A stretch of 64,000 nucleotides of DNA from Octopus sinensis (GCF_006345805.1 NC_043006.1:42470001-42534000); one strand, 5' to 3'; positions 11,453-25,954 are shown, counted from the first letter of the stretch. Made by a program: numbers and translations. Notes: generated by a model not told the origin, from the sequence alone.

Positions 11453-11752
11453 ATATAAAAATCATACAATACCGGTTACTCTTGCTGTTTCTTTCCTTCT
11501 CTCTCTCTCTCTCTTTCTCTCTTCCATTTCTCCCTCTCTTGGTATATAAATGTGTGTGTGTAAGTATGTGTTTGGTTTGTATGTATTGGTATGTATAAGT
11601 ATGTATATATATTATATGTTTATATGTAATATATATATATATATATATATATATATCTATATATATATATATATATATACATATGTGTGTGTGTATGTAT
11701 TTATGTGTGTGAGCGTGTATGTGTTCATATAATATATATCTGTATCTATCTA

Positions 11753-11855
<103 letters not shown>

Positions 11856-12202
11856 GTACAAACACGTACATATATTAGTTGAATATCTATATATATTATG
11901 CAATATATGAATGCATGTATTTTACATGTAAATATATGTATATAAGTATGTATGTATACACAGACACACAGACACACAGACACACAGACACACACACACT
12001 CAACACACACACACATAACCGCGCACACATAGAACGCATAGACGCAGGCAAATATATTCATACTCATTGTATGCATATACGTACTCATATGAATATGTGT
12101 GTTGTGTCTATATATATATATATATATATATACGCATATATAACGCACATGCATACATATGCGCGTGTGTGTGTATGTGTATGTTTATTTAATAACGAGA
12201 CC

Positions 12203-12246
<44 letters not shown>

Positions 12247-12976
12247 CGCGTGTGTTTCATGTGTATATATATGTACTCAGAAAGAAAAGCGATATGAGAG
12301 ACGATGCGAGGACTAGAAGAAAGACAGATAAAGCAAAAAATATAGGCAATAAACTGAGATAACTGTGGAGAGCGAAGAATAAGCCAGTAAAGGAAGCATG
12401 AAAAATGAAAAAACAGAAAAGGGACAGATAGAAATATGCGATGAGATGAAAATCAACAAAAATTTCTTCCTTTGAAGCCATTCTTTAGATGTTTACGAAC
12501 CACTTATTTTATGAGGCCACATATTGCATTTTATCTGACCCCTATATTACTTTCGTTAATAGCTAAATCCCAAGTCTTTCCGATGATTCTAATCGTATTT
12601 TACAAAGTTATCAATCCTAAAGTTAGATTAGAAGCTCCTTTTGGTTTCTGTATTATACAGTGTGACGCCTTTAAACAGCTCCCGTTTTCTATGCTGCAAT
12701 CGTCGTTTCGTCATCGCCAGCATATTTATAAACTACCCCCAAAGTCCAATTTCATGTCACTGTCCTTTTATTCTGCCTTTACCAGCTTCGAAGAGGGTGT
12801 TGAATGCAAGTTTTTGCAATTTCCTATTAGCTGGTGAATCCGGACCTCATTTAGATCAGTGTTCCCCAGACAATTTTTGCTCCACAATCCGGTTTCAAGC
12901 AAGATTTCTTCCATGGACCGGGAGATCATGTGCATAAAAGAACACAAAAATGTGTATAACATATAATTTATTACAT

Positions 12977-14335
12977 ACTAGCAGAGATACCCGGCGTTGC
13001 CCGGTTACATTCAATTGAAGAATTAGACTTTTCTGTTATATCTTCTGTAAATGAACCGGAATATCTATGATTTGAATTTCATCAAATTGCAAATGAGGGT
13101 TATTTCCCTCTTACACACAACAACACACACAAAACAAACTTGTATCATGCCACATGTATCCCATACTACTGATTTTTTTATGCGCATATTCCAAAATTCC
13201 AGTCTTATTGAACCTGTTAAAAAAGATTTTTCCCCTGGAAAATGAAGGTCATGGAGCTCTAATGTGAGAGTTAAGGCCCTTGTTGAAGGTGGGCATCTTA
13301 ATGTCAACCAGAGTAGTTGAATTGTTGAAAATTTTTTAACTTGGGTCTTATAATCTATTGTTTTGAATTTCTTAGAAATAGAAATATATGTTCACTGGGG
13401 TTGTAAAAGAGAGCAAAGCTACAGGAAACCAAAAACGAGATGATCACAAAAGCAGTCAGTACCCTACCCTATACCGTCTACTACGTTACCTACTCCATGT
13501 AGATTCCTTACCATCCAGGTGACAGCATAGCCGTAAAATGCATTACGATCTATAGCAATTGGAAGGGCGTGACCCACTGAATCAACATTAACAACTGTGT
13601 GACGTGAGGGCTAAGGAGAAATTAAAGTGACATCTCTGGAGTTTGCAGATGACCACTATGCTGATACGTAACTGGACAGAATAAATTTAAAATCTATAAA
13701 TGTCTTTGAATAACCATCACTCACCTGGAAAGGCCTTGAAATCAATGTTACCATCAGGGACTATGTGTGACCGAGTGATAATAAAAAGACTGAAAGGAAG
13801 TCTGCAAATCAAACTAACTTTAACTCAACACTTTGCAACTGAATCATGGAGGCAAAGATGCCTCTCATTCATTTACTTGACAATTTATGCACCACATTGC
13901 AGAAATCACAATGTAAGTGTATGTCAAAGCAAACTGTTACACACTGTTGTACCATTGAATTAGAAATACTTACTGCCCAACTTTTATGCTCGGGTAACTC
14001 TACAATCTAATACAGCTTCCAAAAGCACAACTGTATTCGTTTTTTGCTTAGATAAAATGACAAGATTGTGCGTGTTAAGTCCCCATGGAGGGGTCTTTCT
14101 AACTGTAAGAAGATGAAATTTTATAAATATTACTTTATTTGTGTCTCATATCTATGGCTAAATTTCATCAACAGCAAAAATATATGAATTGTCATGGGGG
14201 TTATGGCCCTTATGCATAGAATATAATTTCCAAATTTCATAAAGACCATCAGTACTTTTGACCTAGTTTTGGATCATAAAAGAAATTACTAAGATTTGGG
14301 AGTTACGGCTCCCATCAGAGTGTTATAATATATAA
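12977..14335 (+). mobile_element. Non-autonomous Helitron/Helentron-like element
   Basis: 5' ACTAGCAGAGATACCCGGCGTTGCCCGG with a short subterminal inverted repeat; 3' CTCCCATCAGAGTGTTATAATATA; no TSD seen. Confidence 0.55.
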
Positions 14336-14362
14336 ATATATAATATTATATATTATATATAT

Positions 14363-14492
<130 letters not shown>

Positions 14493-14785
14493 TAGATAGA
14501 TACACCCACACACACACACACATACAAAGATAAACTGATAGATACAACTGAGTGGGCAAACAAAAGTATGAGACACTGAATAGTGCTTTTTTATGTTGAT
14601 AAGCCTAGTACTTATTCTATTAGTTTGTTCTTGTGAAACCAATAAGTTATGTGGATGTAAATAAATGAACAGCAGTGATGAGGGTGAAACACAAAGACAA
14701 AGACACACACATACACTTACATATATACATACTTATATATATACGATTGATTTGTTTCAGTTCCTGTCTACGAAATCCAAATATA

Positions 14786-15862
14786 TTGTTGTTGGAATCC
14801 TTTTTGTCTCGGGAGACAATGGAGTTGCGCATAAAATAATCTAGTCCAACTTTTACATTTCGCGTCCTAATACATCTCCTGCTGTGGCTGTGTAGTCCTA
14901 TCCTGGACGAACACTCCCTCTGGCAGGTGCCGCAAATGTAGCGAAGACTTTGCCTAGCTGGTTGTAATGTCATAGCTTCTTGTTGACGTCTTTTCTCGTC
15001 TTTCCATTTCTCCTCTCTCTCTATGTCACTTCTTTGTGTTCCCTCTTTTACGGTACGTCGCCAATCTCCACGGTTGCTGGCAACTGCTTCCCAGTTGGTA
15101 ATATTGATGTTGCAGGCATTCATGTCACTTTTGCAAACGTCCTTGTATCGTAAGAACGGTCTTCCCACAGACCTAGTGCCCCTAACAAGCTCCCGTTGAG
15201 TATGTCCTTGGGGATTCTGCCATCTTCCATATGGCTAACATGTCCAAATCATCTCATACGTCTTTGTGTGAGGAGTGCAAACATGCTTGGTATTCCTGCT
15301 TGCTTGAGGACATCTTTGTTGGGGACATGATTCTGCCATTTAATGCGAAGGATTTTCCGGAGGCAGCGCGGGTGAAAGATATTTAGGCGAAGTATGGCGT
15401 CCAAGTCTCACTTCCATACAGCAGAGTGCTAAGTACACATGCCTGGTAAATCTTCATTTTTGTGGTCTTGGTCAGCTTATTGTTGTCCCATGCCCGTTTG
15501 GAGAGTTGGGCAATCATAGCAGCTGCCTTGCCAATGCGTATATTGAGCTCAGCATCAAGGGATAGGTTGTAGGTGACAGTAGAGCCAAGATAGGTAAATG
15601 TCTCCACCTCCTGTAGTATGTGGTCTCCAATATGTATGTTTGGGATGTCCAATGTAGCCTGACCCATGATGTTGGTCTTCTTGAGGCTGATAACTAAGCC
15701 AAAGTTGCCACATGTTTGCTCAAAACAGTTGATGAGCCTTTGTAGGGCTTCTTCTGTGTGTGATACCAGAGTGGCACCATCAGCAAATAGCATCTCCTTG
15801 ATCAGGACGCTTCTGATTTTGGTCTTGGCACGTAGACGCGAGAGATTGAACAATTTCCCAGT
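14786..15862 (-). mobile_element. 5'-truncated RTE (BovB-like) LINE, C-terminal RT region, frameshifted
   Basis: GKLFNLSRLRAKTK, EMLFADG (FADD mutated), FTYLGS, LLYGSETW, FHPRCLRKIL, RRMR*FGHV, RIGLHSHSRRC; 3' end GTCTCCCGAGAC...(CAA)n. Confidence 0.93.
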
Positions 15863-16951
15863 ACTTGTATACATGTATAGGACATGTTAGCACAAAGCCC
15901 CAAAATAACAGCAACATTGATAATCAAAGCAGTCTATTGTGGGCCACTAACCTGATCATTGATTCACTTTGAAGGGTATGCATTTGTAATCCAGGAACAG
16001 GAAATAGCAACCAAATTCCTGATGCGCAAAAAGGACAAAGGTGCAGGAAAAATGCCAAATGTGTTAACCTCTGCAGACCTTGTGGAGTGAACACCGAATA
16101 TATAACCCACATCATAAGAGGTTGCCAAAATTGTCATCATGTTATCATCTGTCGATGAGATATGATGTTGTAGCCAAGTCACGGTACGATGAAATCTGTT
16201 GAATGAATGATCCAGAGGCCATAGAAGCCGTAGAATCTACTGGTTTCACATTTTTGGCACTAGGTCAGTCATATCGGAGGGTGGGGGGTGGGGGGACAAT
16301 TACATCGACCCCCCCCCCTCCATCCCAGTAATCGACTGGTACTTATTTTAACGACCCCGAAAGAATGAAATGCAAAGTTGATCTCGGCGGAATTTGAACC
16401 CAGAACGTAAAGACGGGCGAAATGCTACGAAGCATGTTGCCTCGTAGGATAATAATTCTGCCATCTTGCCACCATTAAACAATAATTGATATTATGAAAT
16501 GGAAAAGCAGCAAGCTGGCCGAATCGTTAGCACGTCGGGCAAGATGCTTGGCCGCGTTTCGTCCGTCTTTACATTCTGAGTTCAATTTCAACCCTGGTTG
16601 ACTTTGCATTTCAACCTTTCTGGGTCGATAAAATAAGTACCAGTTGAACACTGGAGTCGATGTAACCGACTAAGCTCTTTCTCCTGAGCATGCTGGTCTC
16701 ACACCAAAATTTGAAACCAATATTATGAAGAGGGAAAGCGGTGAGCTGGCCGAATCGCTAGCACACCGGGCAAAATGCTAAGCGGCATCGCGTTTGTATT
16801 TACGTTCTGAGTTCAAATTCCGTCGAGGTCGACTCTGCCTTTTATCCTTTCGGGGTCGATAAAATAAGTCCCAGTTGCGCACTGGGTGGTGTAATCGACT
16901 ACCCTTTCCCACAAAATTTTAGGCTTGTAACTTATAGTAGAAAGGAATACA

Positions 16952-17158
16952 ATAATCCCTCGCCATATCGCGGTTTATTATTTAAACCTTACGTCGATTT
17001 CTTCGTGGTTTTGTTTTGCATTTATGATAAAACACATATATACAAATTATAAAAATAATTAAAAAATATACAGAACAGTACAGTTTCTACTTCGTGGATT
17101 TTCACCTATTGCGGGTTTTTTTTGGAACGTAACACCCGCGATAGTCGAGAGATTACTG
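16952..17158. mobile_element. Tigger/pogo-like MITE
   Basis: Inverted ends CAATAATCCCTCGCCATATCGCGG and CCCGCGATAGTCGAGAGATTACTG|TA. Confidence 0.7.
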
Positions 17159-17161
17159 TAT

Positions 17162-17261
17162 NNNNNNNNNNNNNNNNNNNNNNNNNNNNNNNNNNNNNNN
17201 NNNNNNNNNNNNNNNNNNNNNNNNNNNNNNNNNNNNNNNNNNNNNNNNNNNNNNNNNNNNN
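17162..17261. other. Assembly gap (100 N)
   Basis: Run of exactly 100 N, a placeholder of unknown true size. Confidence 1.
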
Positions 17262-17631
17262 AAAAAAAAACAAAAATGAAAAAATATTGATTACTCAGTT
17301 TATTGAAAAATTCTATCATCTGCACCTTCTTACAAAAATAACGATAAAATCTGTAGAAAGCGATAAAATAATGAAAATGAATGGAAACCTAGTAAATACG
17401 AAGGATGAAAAAGCTTTTTCATGGAAACACATGACTAGATTCGTTTTCACTAATCTAAAATAGTTCATTATTATCCTTAATATTGTCGTTTGATATTACT
17501 TAACACCACACTATATACTCACTTGATTTAATAGTATTTCCTAATTTTATTATTTATATTATTTAATTACGATAACTGAAAGACCCTTCATGTATATGAC
17601 AATACGTATCCCGTATCTTTGTATGTATTGA

Positions 17632-17850
17632 TATACTCTTTTACTCTTTTACTTGTTTCAGTCATTTGACTGCGGCCATGCTGGAGCACCGCCTTTAGTC
17701 GAGCAAATCGACCCCGGAACTTATTCTTTGTAAGCCCAGTACTTATTCTATCGGTCTCTTTTGCCGAACCGCTAAGTGACGGGGACGTAAACACACCACA
17801 TCGGTTGTCAGGCAATGCTAGGGGGACACACAGACACACAAACACACACA

Positions 17851-17911
<61 letters not shown>

Positions 17912-18074
17912 TATACGACAGGCTTCTTTCAGTTCCGTCTACCAATCCACTCACAAGTATTGGTCGGCCCGGTTATAGCAGAAGACACTTGCCCAAGATG
18001 CCACGCAGTGGGACTGAACCCGGAACCATGTGGTTAGTTAGCAAGCTACTTACCACACAGCCACTCCTGCGCCT
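17632..18074 (-). mobile_element. SINE family A, near full length
   Basis: Same head, body, microsatellite and tail. Further copies lie at ~3940-4310(-), 14590-14785(-), 24725-25270(-), 27152-27785(+), 31660-32640(-), 34905-35470(-), 36135-36480(+), 44690-44880(-). Confidence 0.9.
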
Positions 18075-18369
18075 ATGTATGTATATTTGAAATTTTGCTT
18101 GCCTATATTTTTTAAACATCTGTTTGTACATATGTGCGTGTATATATGTATACATCTTGCTTCGCCCATATTCGAATTCAATCACCTGTTTTCTTGTGCG
18201 TGTTACTAGTAAATAACTGTTACTGGTATACTGACAAGCGTAAATAGGATTATATGTGTGAGTATATTTTCTTAATATATATTTATTTTATTTTTATTTT
18301 ATTTTATCTAGTTTCAGCTCACGAGCTGTGGCCATGCTGGGGCACCGCCATTCGGTGTTGCTACATGAT

Positions 18370-18510
18370 TTTACTTCACGGATGCTTTTTAGCAATTGCC
18401 ATTTGGTGCATGAGAGAGTTCGATGCAGCTGCCCTCATCTGCACCTCCTGCCGTGAAGTTGGTTCATCTGGGACACCTGACAGGAAGAGATCCAGTTTTA
18501 TTTTAAAGAC
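18370..18510 (-). mobile_element. CR1-group LINE 3' fragment
   Basis: DVFKIKLDLFLSGVPDEP...RAAASNSLMHQ, a typical invertebrate CR1-clade C-terminus. Confidence 0.75.
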
Positions 18511-18821
18511 ATCTGCATATAGAAATATGTATATATGTGTGTATATGTGTTTGTATAAATATATATATATATATGTGCGTGTTTGTGTGTATGTATATGT
18601 AGATATGCACATATACATCTACATGTATGATGTGTATATGCATGCATGTGGGTGGGTGTATGAGTTCTGTGTGTGTGTGTGTGTGCGTGTGTTTGTGTGT
18701 GTGTGTGTGTGTGTGAGTGTGTGTGTGTGTGTGGTGTGTGTGTGTGTGTGTGTATTCCCAAAGCTTACGGACATTTAGTGATACGTAAAACCGAATCTCT
18801 AGCGAGACTTTTTTTATTTAT

Positions 18822-18860
18822 GTACCCGAAGAGACCCAGAACGGGTCGAAACATTGTCGT
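18822..18860 (+). ncRNA. Decayed hammerhead motif in a pLTR-like segment (18760-18900)
   Basis: CCGAAGA (U4C)-GACCC/GGGTC perfect stem II-GAAA-CATTG-T-C-GT. The segment ends in (TA)n. Confidence 0.6.
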
Positions 18861-18925
18861 CCTAAATAAAATCTTTTTCCATCTATTTATTATACTGTTA
18901 TATATATATATATATATATATATAC

Positions 18926-18969
<44 letters not shown>

Positions 18970-19017
18970 ATATATATATATGTAGTATGTATATATATAT
19001 GTATGTATGTATGTATG

Positions 19018-19050
<33 letters not shown>

Positions 19051-19289
19051 TGTATGTATGTATTGTGGTATGTATGTATGTATGTATGTATGTATGTATG
19101 TCTGTCTATGTATGTATGTGTGTGTGTATGTATGTATGTATATGGGTGTGTGTGTATATATATATATTCCTTTTAATCTATATGTATATCTCTGTAGACC
19201 TATATCTATATGCATTCTGCATTATCTGTTTGTAATGTATCACTATATATCCCTGCACACCTGTATATGTATTAAGCTATTTTAATCTG

Positions 19290-20540
19290 TTTGGGTCATT
19301 GCTGCATTTTCTGCTCACTGTATAATCTTTGTTTCAGAAAATAATGATGGCAGACCCTCAGCTTTTTCGAGAAATGAAGAGGCATGCTGTTATTGTGGTT
19401 ATAAAGACTGAGCATAGTGATTTAGAAATATGCGATTTTTAAAAGTTGCTAGATGTAGTTTTAAAAGTTGCCAGATGTAGTTTCATCTACAGAGTTTGTA
19501 AGGAGCTAGAGACAGAAGATGGAAATGTATCACCAATATCAAAGCATAAAGAGCCTTCTAAACGCTCTGAAATCATCAGAACACCTGAATTTATGCAGCA
19601 AGTTCAACAGGCCATTGATTACAATCCCAGAAAGTCCATGAGATCTATTGCTAAAGATCTCCATGTGTCAGAAGGAACAGTTAGAAATGTTGTCCAAGAA
19701 GACATCAGATATAAATCTTATATGATGAGGAAATGCCAATTTGTCAAAAAAAGTAAAAGAAAATCACTACATAATATCTAAAAGGTTCTTAAACAAACTG
19801 AAAAATCCAGCAGAAAAATATTTGATTTGATTTTTCTCAAGCGAGAAAAACTTCGCCCGAGATCAAAAGTTAACAGAAGAAATGACAAATGGTTATGTGT
19901 AGACCCTTCTGAAGTTCCAAGTGTTACGCATACAAAATTTCGTGCAACTGTCATGGTTTTAGGGATTGTCAGCAATGAAGGGCATGTGATGCCTCTTCAC
20001 TTCCTTCCACAAGGCCTTAGAGTTAACTCTGTCGCCTACATAGAGGTCCTGGAAATAATTGTTTAGCCCTGGATAAACAGTGTATGCAATGGAAGGCCAT
20101 ATGTGTTTCAGTAAGACTCTGCACTACCATACATAGCTCTAGTAACACAGGAATGGATGGCTGAAAATTTTCATGATCACATAACCCCTAACATTTGGCC
20201 TCCTAATTCCCAAGATCTTTATCCATTGGACTATTACATGTGGAGCGTTGTTGAGAGAGAGGTCAATGAACACGACCATAACACCAACGATTCTTTGAAA
20301 GCTGTCATAGTGAGAGTAATGTCTAAAATGAATCAGGACCACTTGTTTCGAGCATGTAGATGATTTAGATCTCATATAGAAGCAGTTGTTGAAGCTGAAG
20401 GTGGCTTTATTGAATAACATTATAGAAAAGAAGGTTTATTTTTATCCTCATAGCATTTTTTGATAAAGTTATCTGTTACTATATATCTGTTTTATTTCTA
20501 TATAAACATAAATCTGTTCTCAAATATCCTATGCACCCTG
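19290..20540 (+). mobile_element. Decayed Tc1/mariner transposon, maT (DD37D) family
   Basis: Transposase remnants from ATG 19344 to ~20420: SMRSIAKDLHVSEGTVR, VMVLGIVSNEG, FQ*DSA and WPPNSQDLYPLDY, with 37 residues between the last two Asp. Right TIR ...GCACCCTG (20540) + TA. Stops, frameshifts and a 22-bp internal duplication near 19437-19482. Confidence 0.92.
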
Positions 20541-20673
20541 TATGTGCATGCATGTATGTATGTATGTATGTATGTATGTATGTATGTATGTATGTATGTA
20601 TGTATGTATGTATGTATGTATGTATGTATGTATGTATGTATGTATGTATGTATCCATGTATGCATGTATATAT

Positions 20674-20715
<42 letters not shown>

Positions 20716-20825
20716 TACATACATAAATACATGTTTTTGTGTTTGTTCTTCGTTTTTGTTTTGATTTACTATGTATATATATAGTGTGTGTGTATATATA
20801 CATATATTCTGTGTGTGTGTGTGTG

Positions 20826-20869
<44 letters not shown>

Positions 20870-21289
20870 TACATATAATATATATATATATAATACAAAT
20901 AATATATAAATATATGCATATATATACATACATTTATGTACATACCTACATGTATATTTATATATGCATGCATATATGAGTACAGGAGAGAGAGAGAGAG
21001 AGAGAGAGAGAGTAAGAGGGAGAGAGAGAGAGAAAAACAGTCCTCGGATAGTACATCTTTGAACATTGGTCTGCTCAACCAGGATTGATGTGACGCTAAG
21101 ACCAACATCATCACTACCACGAGCAACAATGACGCAAGCAGTTGACTATATAGGAGAGATGGTGGATGGGAACGATGTAAATAACACTCACACGAAGCCG
21201 GAGCAACCATTAATCAAAATAATTATATTTGAAGGGTACCAAGGAATAGAAATCACAGAGTGATTTTACATAGTGCAAATATAAAATTA

Positions 21290-21728
21290 TACTCTCTCTT
21301 TACTCTTTTACTTGTTTCAGTCATTTGACTGCGGCCATGCTGGAGCACCGCCTTTAATCGAGCAACTCGATCCTGGGACTTATTCTTTTGTAAGCCCAGT
21401 ACTTATTCATTTGTAAGCCCAGTACTTATTCTATCGGTTTCTTTTGCCGAACCGCTAAGTAACGGGGACATAAACACACCAGCATCGGTTGTCAAGCAAT
21501 GCTAGGGGGACAAACACAGACAAACAAACACACACACGCATATATATATATATATATATACATATATACGACGGGCTTCTTTTAGTTTCCGTCTACCAAA
21601 TCCACTTACAAGGCTTTGGTCGGCCCGAGGCTATAGTAGAAGACACTTGCCCAAGGTGCCACGCAGTGGGACTGAACCCGGAACCATGTGGTTGGTAAAC
21701 AAGCTACTTACCACACAGCCACTCCTAG
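21290..21728 (-). mobile_element. SINE family A, near full length
   Basis: Same family, with an internal duplication of TTGTAAGCCCAGTACTTATTC. Confidence 0.9.
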
Positions 21729-22328
21729 TTTTAAAAAATAATTTTAAAAAGTATTGAAAATTTACTTTTTTGTGTGTGCTGCTCTTGTTTATCCCTCCTC
21801 TATAGAAGGCCAAGTCACGTGTTATTTTTTGTCTGCTAATATGGCCGTATGAAAGCAGCTGAAAATCAAGCGATAGAGAGTGGGAGAGTGACAGAAGGAG
21901 AATTAAAAAGCGAGTGAATTCGTATTAAGAAATATTACACTGCTCGGAGAGGCAGACTGACAAATGAGAAAGGGATAGAGTGGAACTCGACAAAGAATCG
22001 CATTTCGAAACAATTAACCGGGTGTAAAAGACTGTAAAGTCACGTAGGTGTCATGTAAGAGTTCGGTAAACTAATCGACCGGGCGCTTTTCTTGAAATTA
22101 CAGGTTATGAAAATTAAGGAAAACTCGAAGAAATCAGCGCTTTTAGGAAAAAGTTATGGGATTAAGGAATTATCACTGTGAATATTTTTATACAAAATTT
22201 GCGTAATTTAATACATATTTCAAATAAATTAGGTTCCACCATATGTGTGCATTTAAAAAAAAGGGAGGCGCTTTTTACGATGTAACCTTGAAGCAACTAA
22301 TTTCTTTTACTCATTTGCAAAACATCAG

Positions 22329-22374
<46 letters not shown>

Positions 22375-22377
<3 letters not shown>

Positions 22378-22965
22378 TTAGCCCCTTGTGGGTAGTAAAG
22401 AAATGGGTATTTCGTCTGCCGCTACGTTCTGAGTTCAAATTCCGTCGAGGATCAACTTTGCCTTTCATCCTTTCGGGGTCGATTAAATAAGTACCAGTTA
22501 CGCATTTGGGTCGATATAATCGACTTAATCCGTTTGTCTGTCCTTGTTTGTTCTCTCTGTGTTTAGCCCCTTGTGGGTAGTAAAGAAATAGGTATTTCGT
22601 CTGTTTTTACGTTCTGAGTTCAAATTCCGCCGAGGTCGACTTAGCCTTTCATCCTTTCGGGGATCGATTAAATAAGTACCAGTTACGCACTGGGGGTCGA
22701 TATAATCGACTTAACCCGTTTGTCTGTCCTTGTTTGTTCTCTCTGTGTTTAGCCCCTTGTGGGTAGTAAAGAAATAGGTATTTCGTCTGTCTTTATGTTC
22801 TGAGTTCAAATTCCGTCGAGGATCAACTTTGCCTTTCATCCTTTCGGGGTCGATTAAATAAGTACCAGTTACGCACTGGAGGTCGATATAATCGACTTAA
22901 TCCGTTTGTCTGTCCTTGTTTGTCCCCTCTATGTTTAACCCCTTGTGGGCAATAAAGAAATAAGT
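22375..22965 (+). repeat. Tandem array of headless family B units (185-186-bp period)
   Basis: Anchor GGG(T/C)A(G/A)TAAAG at 22390, 22575, 22761 and 22947. Similar multimers at ~34083-34645 and 51160-51560. Confidence 0.9.
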
Positions 22966-23399
22966 AACGATCGTCAGCTGCTCCATTTTTGTGACGTACT
23001 TAAGATTTCATGATGGCCATAGTCCAGCTTTGCCCTCGGCAGAATGGTATTAAAATTAAACAATGAGAATACCCCTACCTTACCTTAACCAATCAGAAAC
23101 CAACTCCTCTCTTAAAATTTCAGTTCCATTCCGCTTGATTAAGGAATTAGATTGCATTTTTGTGTGTTTGTTTGAATATTTGTTGTTGTTGTTGTTGTTT
23201 TTTTCAAGTTGTTCAAGCAAAAACTCATTACGTAGATGGGTTGTCGGAGTGCAGGGCGTGGATGGCGGGGAAGGGTGAATGTTGTTGTTGTTATTTTAAT
23301 TAAATCTACTCCTGCGCGTCATTGTTTAAGACACGTAGTTGTAATTATAAGCAGTTATTGTTTATCCCATTAACGTAAGCCTGTCTATATTATCTGTAC

Positions 23400-23623
23400 G
23401 CGTGCGCGTGTGCGTGCGCGTGTGCGTGCGTGTGTGTGTGTATGAATGTGTATATACTTACAGATGTATGTTTGTGTGCGTGTGTGTGTGTGTGTGCGCG
23501 CGTGTGAGTGTGTGTGAATGTGTGTGTACTTACAGATGTATGTTTGTGTGCGTGTGTGTGTGGTGTGCGTGTGTGTGTGTGCGCGTGTGAGTGTGTGTGA
23601 ATGTGTGTGTACTTACAGATGTA

Positions 23624-23656
<33 letters not shown>

Positions 23657-23790
23657 CTGTGAATGTGTACTTACAGATGTATGTTTGTGTGCGTGTGTGC
23701 GTATGTGTGTGTATGCGTGCGTGTGTGTGTGTGTGAGTGTGAATGTGTGTGTGTACTTACATATGTATGTTTGTGTGTGTATGTGTGTGT
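23400..23790. repeat. Higher-order (TG)n repeat with a TACTTACAGATGTATGTTTG spacer
   Basis: Spacer recurs about 5 times. Confidence 0.85.
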
Positions 23791-24048
23791 GTGTATGTGT
23801 GTGCGTGTGTGCGAGTGTGTGTGTGTGTATGTGAGTGTATGTACAAACATATACATACATATACACACGCACGTTAAACACACGCATATACATATACATT
23901 CTGAAAAATATAGACACATACATATACATATTCAAGCACATACACACACATATATGCACACATACATATGTATGTGAATATATATATACAAGCATCTATA
24001 TACTGTATACATATATATACACACACGTTATATATATAATGTGTATGT

Positions 24049-24117
<69 letters not shown>

Positions 24118-25091
24118 GTATACACACACACACACACGCGCCCACACATATAAACACACGGACATATACCCAATATCAGCAATGGGGTAATAACATCATA
24201 TACAAGTATATTTGCGTGTCTACATATACCTGCAAAGATTCGCAGAATCCAGTATGATCTTGCGTGTGTGCCTGTGTGTGTATGCATACGCATACACATA
24301 CAAAAACCTAAACACATTTATACAACACATCCTTTACATACGCACACAGTACCGTACCACATGAGCTACATACGCAAAGACTATAATCGCTACATTTCCA
24401 ATATCTTCATTTGAAGTCTTAATCCCAAGACGCAGACAGGAAGCTATTATAACTTCTTTTGAACTACAATGAATCTAGTTAAATTTCCACTTTTGCTATG
24501 GACACCAGAATCGTCTAGAAGGGGTAACATGCACCGTAGAGTAGGAAAATATATTCCCAGCGTGCCAAAAATATGACCCGGTTTCGATAACTGCTCTCGG
24601 CTTGTATATTGATAGTCGTGATAATAGCTGCTGTGGTTGAGCTCCCTATTCCACCCTCTGGCAAAATCTGATTAAGCAGGCCGAGATTTTTATCTTATTT
24701 TTCCTTTCCTTTTTTTTTTTTTTAATTATTATCATTAGTCATTGGACTGCGGTCATGATGGAGAACCAGTTTGAAGGAATTTTAGTGAAACAAATCGACT
24801 TCAGTACATCTTTTAAAAAAATAATTTTTTTTTTCTAAAATTAGGTACTCATTCTGTTGGGGTTTTTTTTGCCGAACTGTTAAGTTATGAGAACACAAAC
24901 TAACCAGCATCGGTTGTTAAGCGGTGGCAGTGGTGAGACAAGCACTGTCACAAACACACAACACCCCACCGCGTGTGTGTATGATTATATATATATATAT
25001 ATATTATATATAATAGAAGTCGATATATATATATTATATATATATATATCGACTTCTATTTCCATTAAACATTGGTGCATTGTTGTACCAC

Positions 25092-25135
<44 letters not shown>

Positions 25136-25954
25136 CATACACTACAGGCTTCTACACAGTTTCCTCCCAATGAAATCCACTCACAAGGCTTTGGTCGGCC
25201 AAGGGCTATAGTAGAAGATACATGTTGAAGGGGCTGTGAAACCATGGAGTTGCAATGGGACCTTCTTAACCACATATTATTTAATGTTGATTTGCTTCTT
25301 ATTTATAGTGGAAAGATTGCTTTTGGCTGCTAGAAATTGCAGCCAAAAGACCGCCTCTAAATGATACATTAGAGAACGAACGCTTTTGTTTAGGTATGAA
25401 ATGAGTTAAACATCAAAAGCAATCTCTCTACAAGAAATAAAGAGGCAAATCCGCGTAAAGGCTTATGCCGTGATTCAAACGAGGATTTTCGCTGCTATTT
25501 CTCGCTGCTCAAAGAAACGTATAGATGCTTCTGTTTTGGTTTGTGTACAAGTAACGTACCGCTAAAGAATTTATCTTTCCGTATCATATTTAGAGCAAGT
25601 CAGCTTAGTGCCTGACATCCATCTTTCACCAAGTTGAACTCTAAGCAGCCAAACTTACTCTATTTCTTATCGTTTAGGAGATTCGGGTCAGAGACTCTTA
25701 ACCTTTTGTACCTCGACGTCTCCTTTCATCGAATGGCGTTTAAAAAAAAAACAAAAGCAAAATCAGATTATTTTAATCAGACACTCATTTAGGCGCAGGC
25801 GTGAATGTATGGTTAGTAGCTTGCTTCCCAACCACATGGCTCCAGGTTCAGTACCACTGCGTGGTACCTTGGGCAAGTGTTTTCTGCTATAGCTTCGGGC
25901 CGACCAAAGCCTTGTGTCAGTGGATTTGGTAGACGGAAATTAAAAGGAGCCCGT

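Noticed and set aside
12470-12960. Cluster of short ORFs; minus-strand YAGDDETTIA resembles a Mutator-like GDDDSTT motif
   Set aside because: It is a single short motif among many stops, which is insufficient without a profile search.
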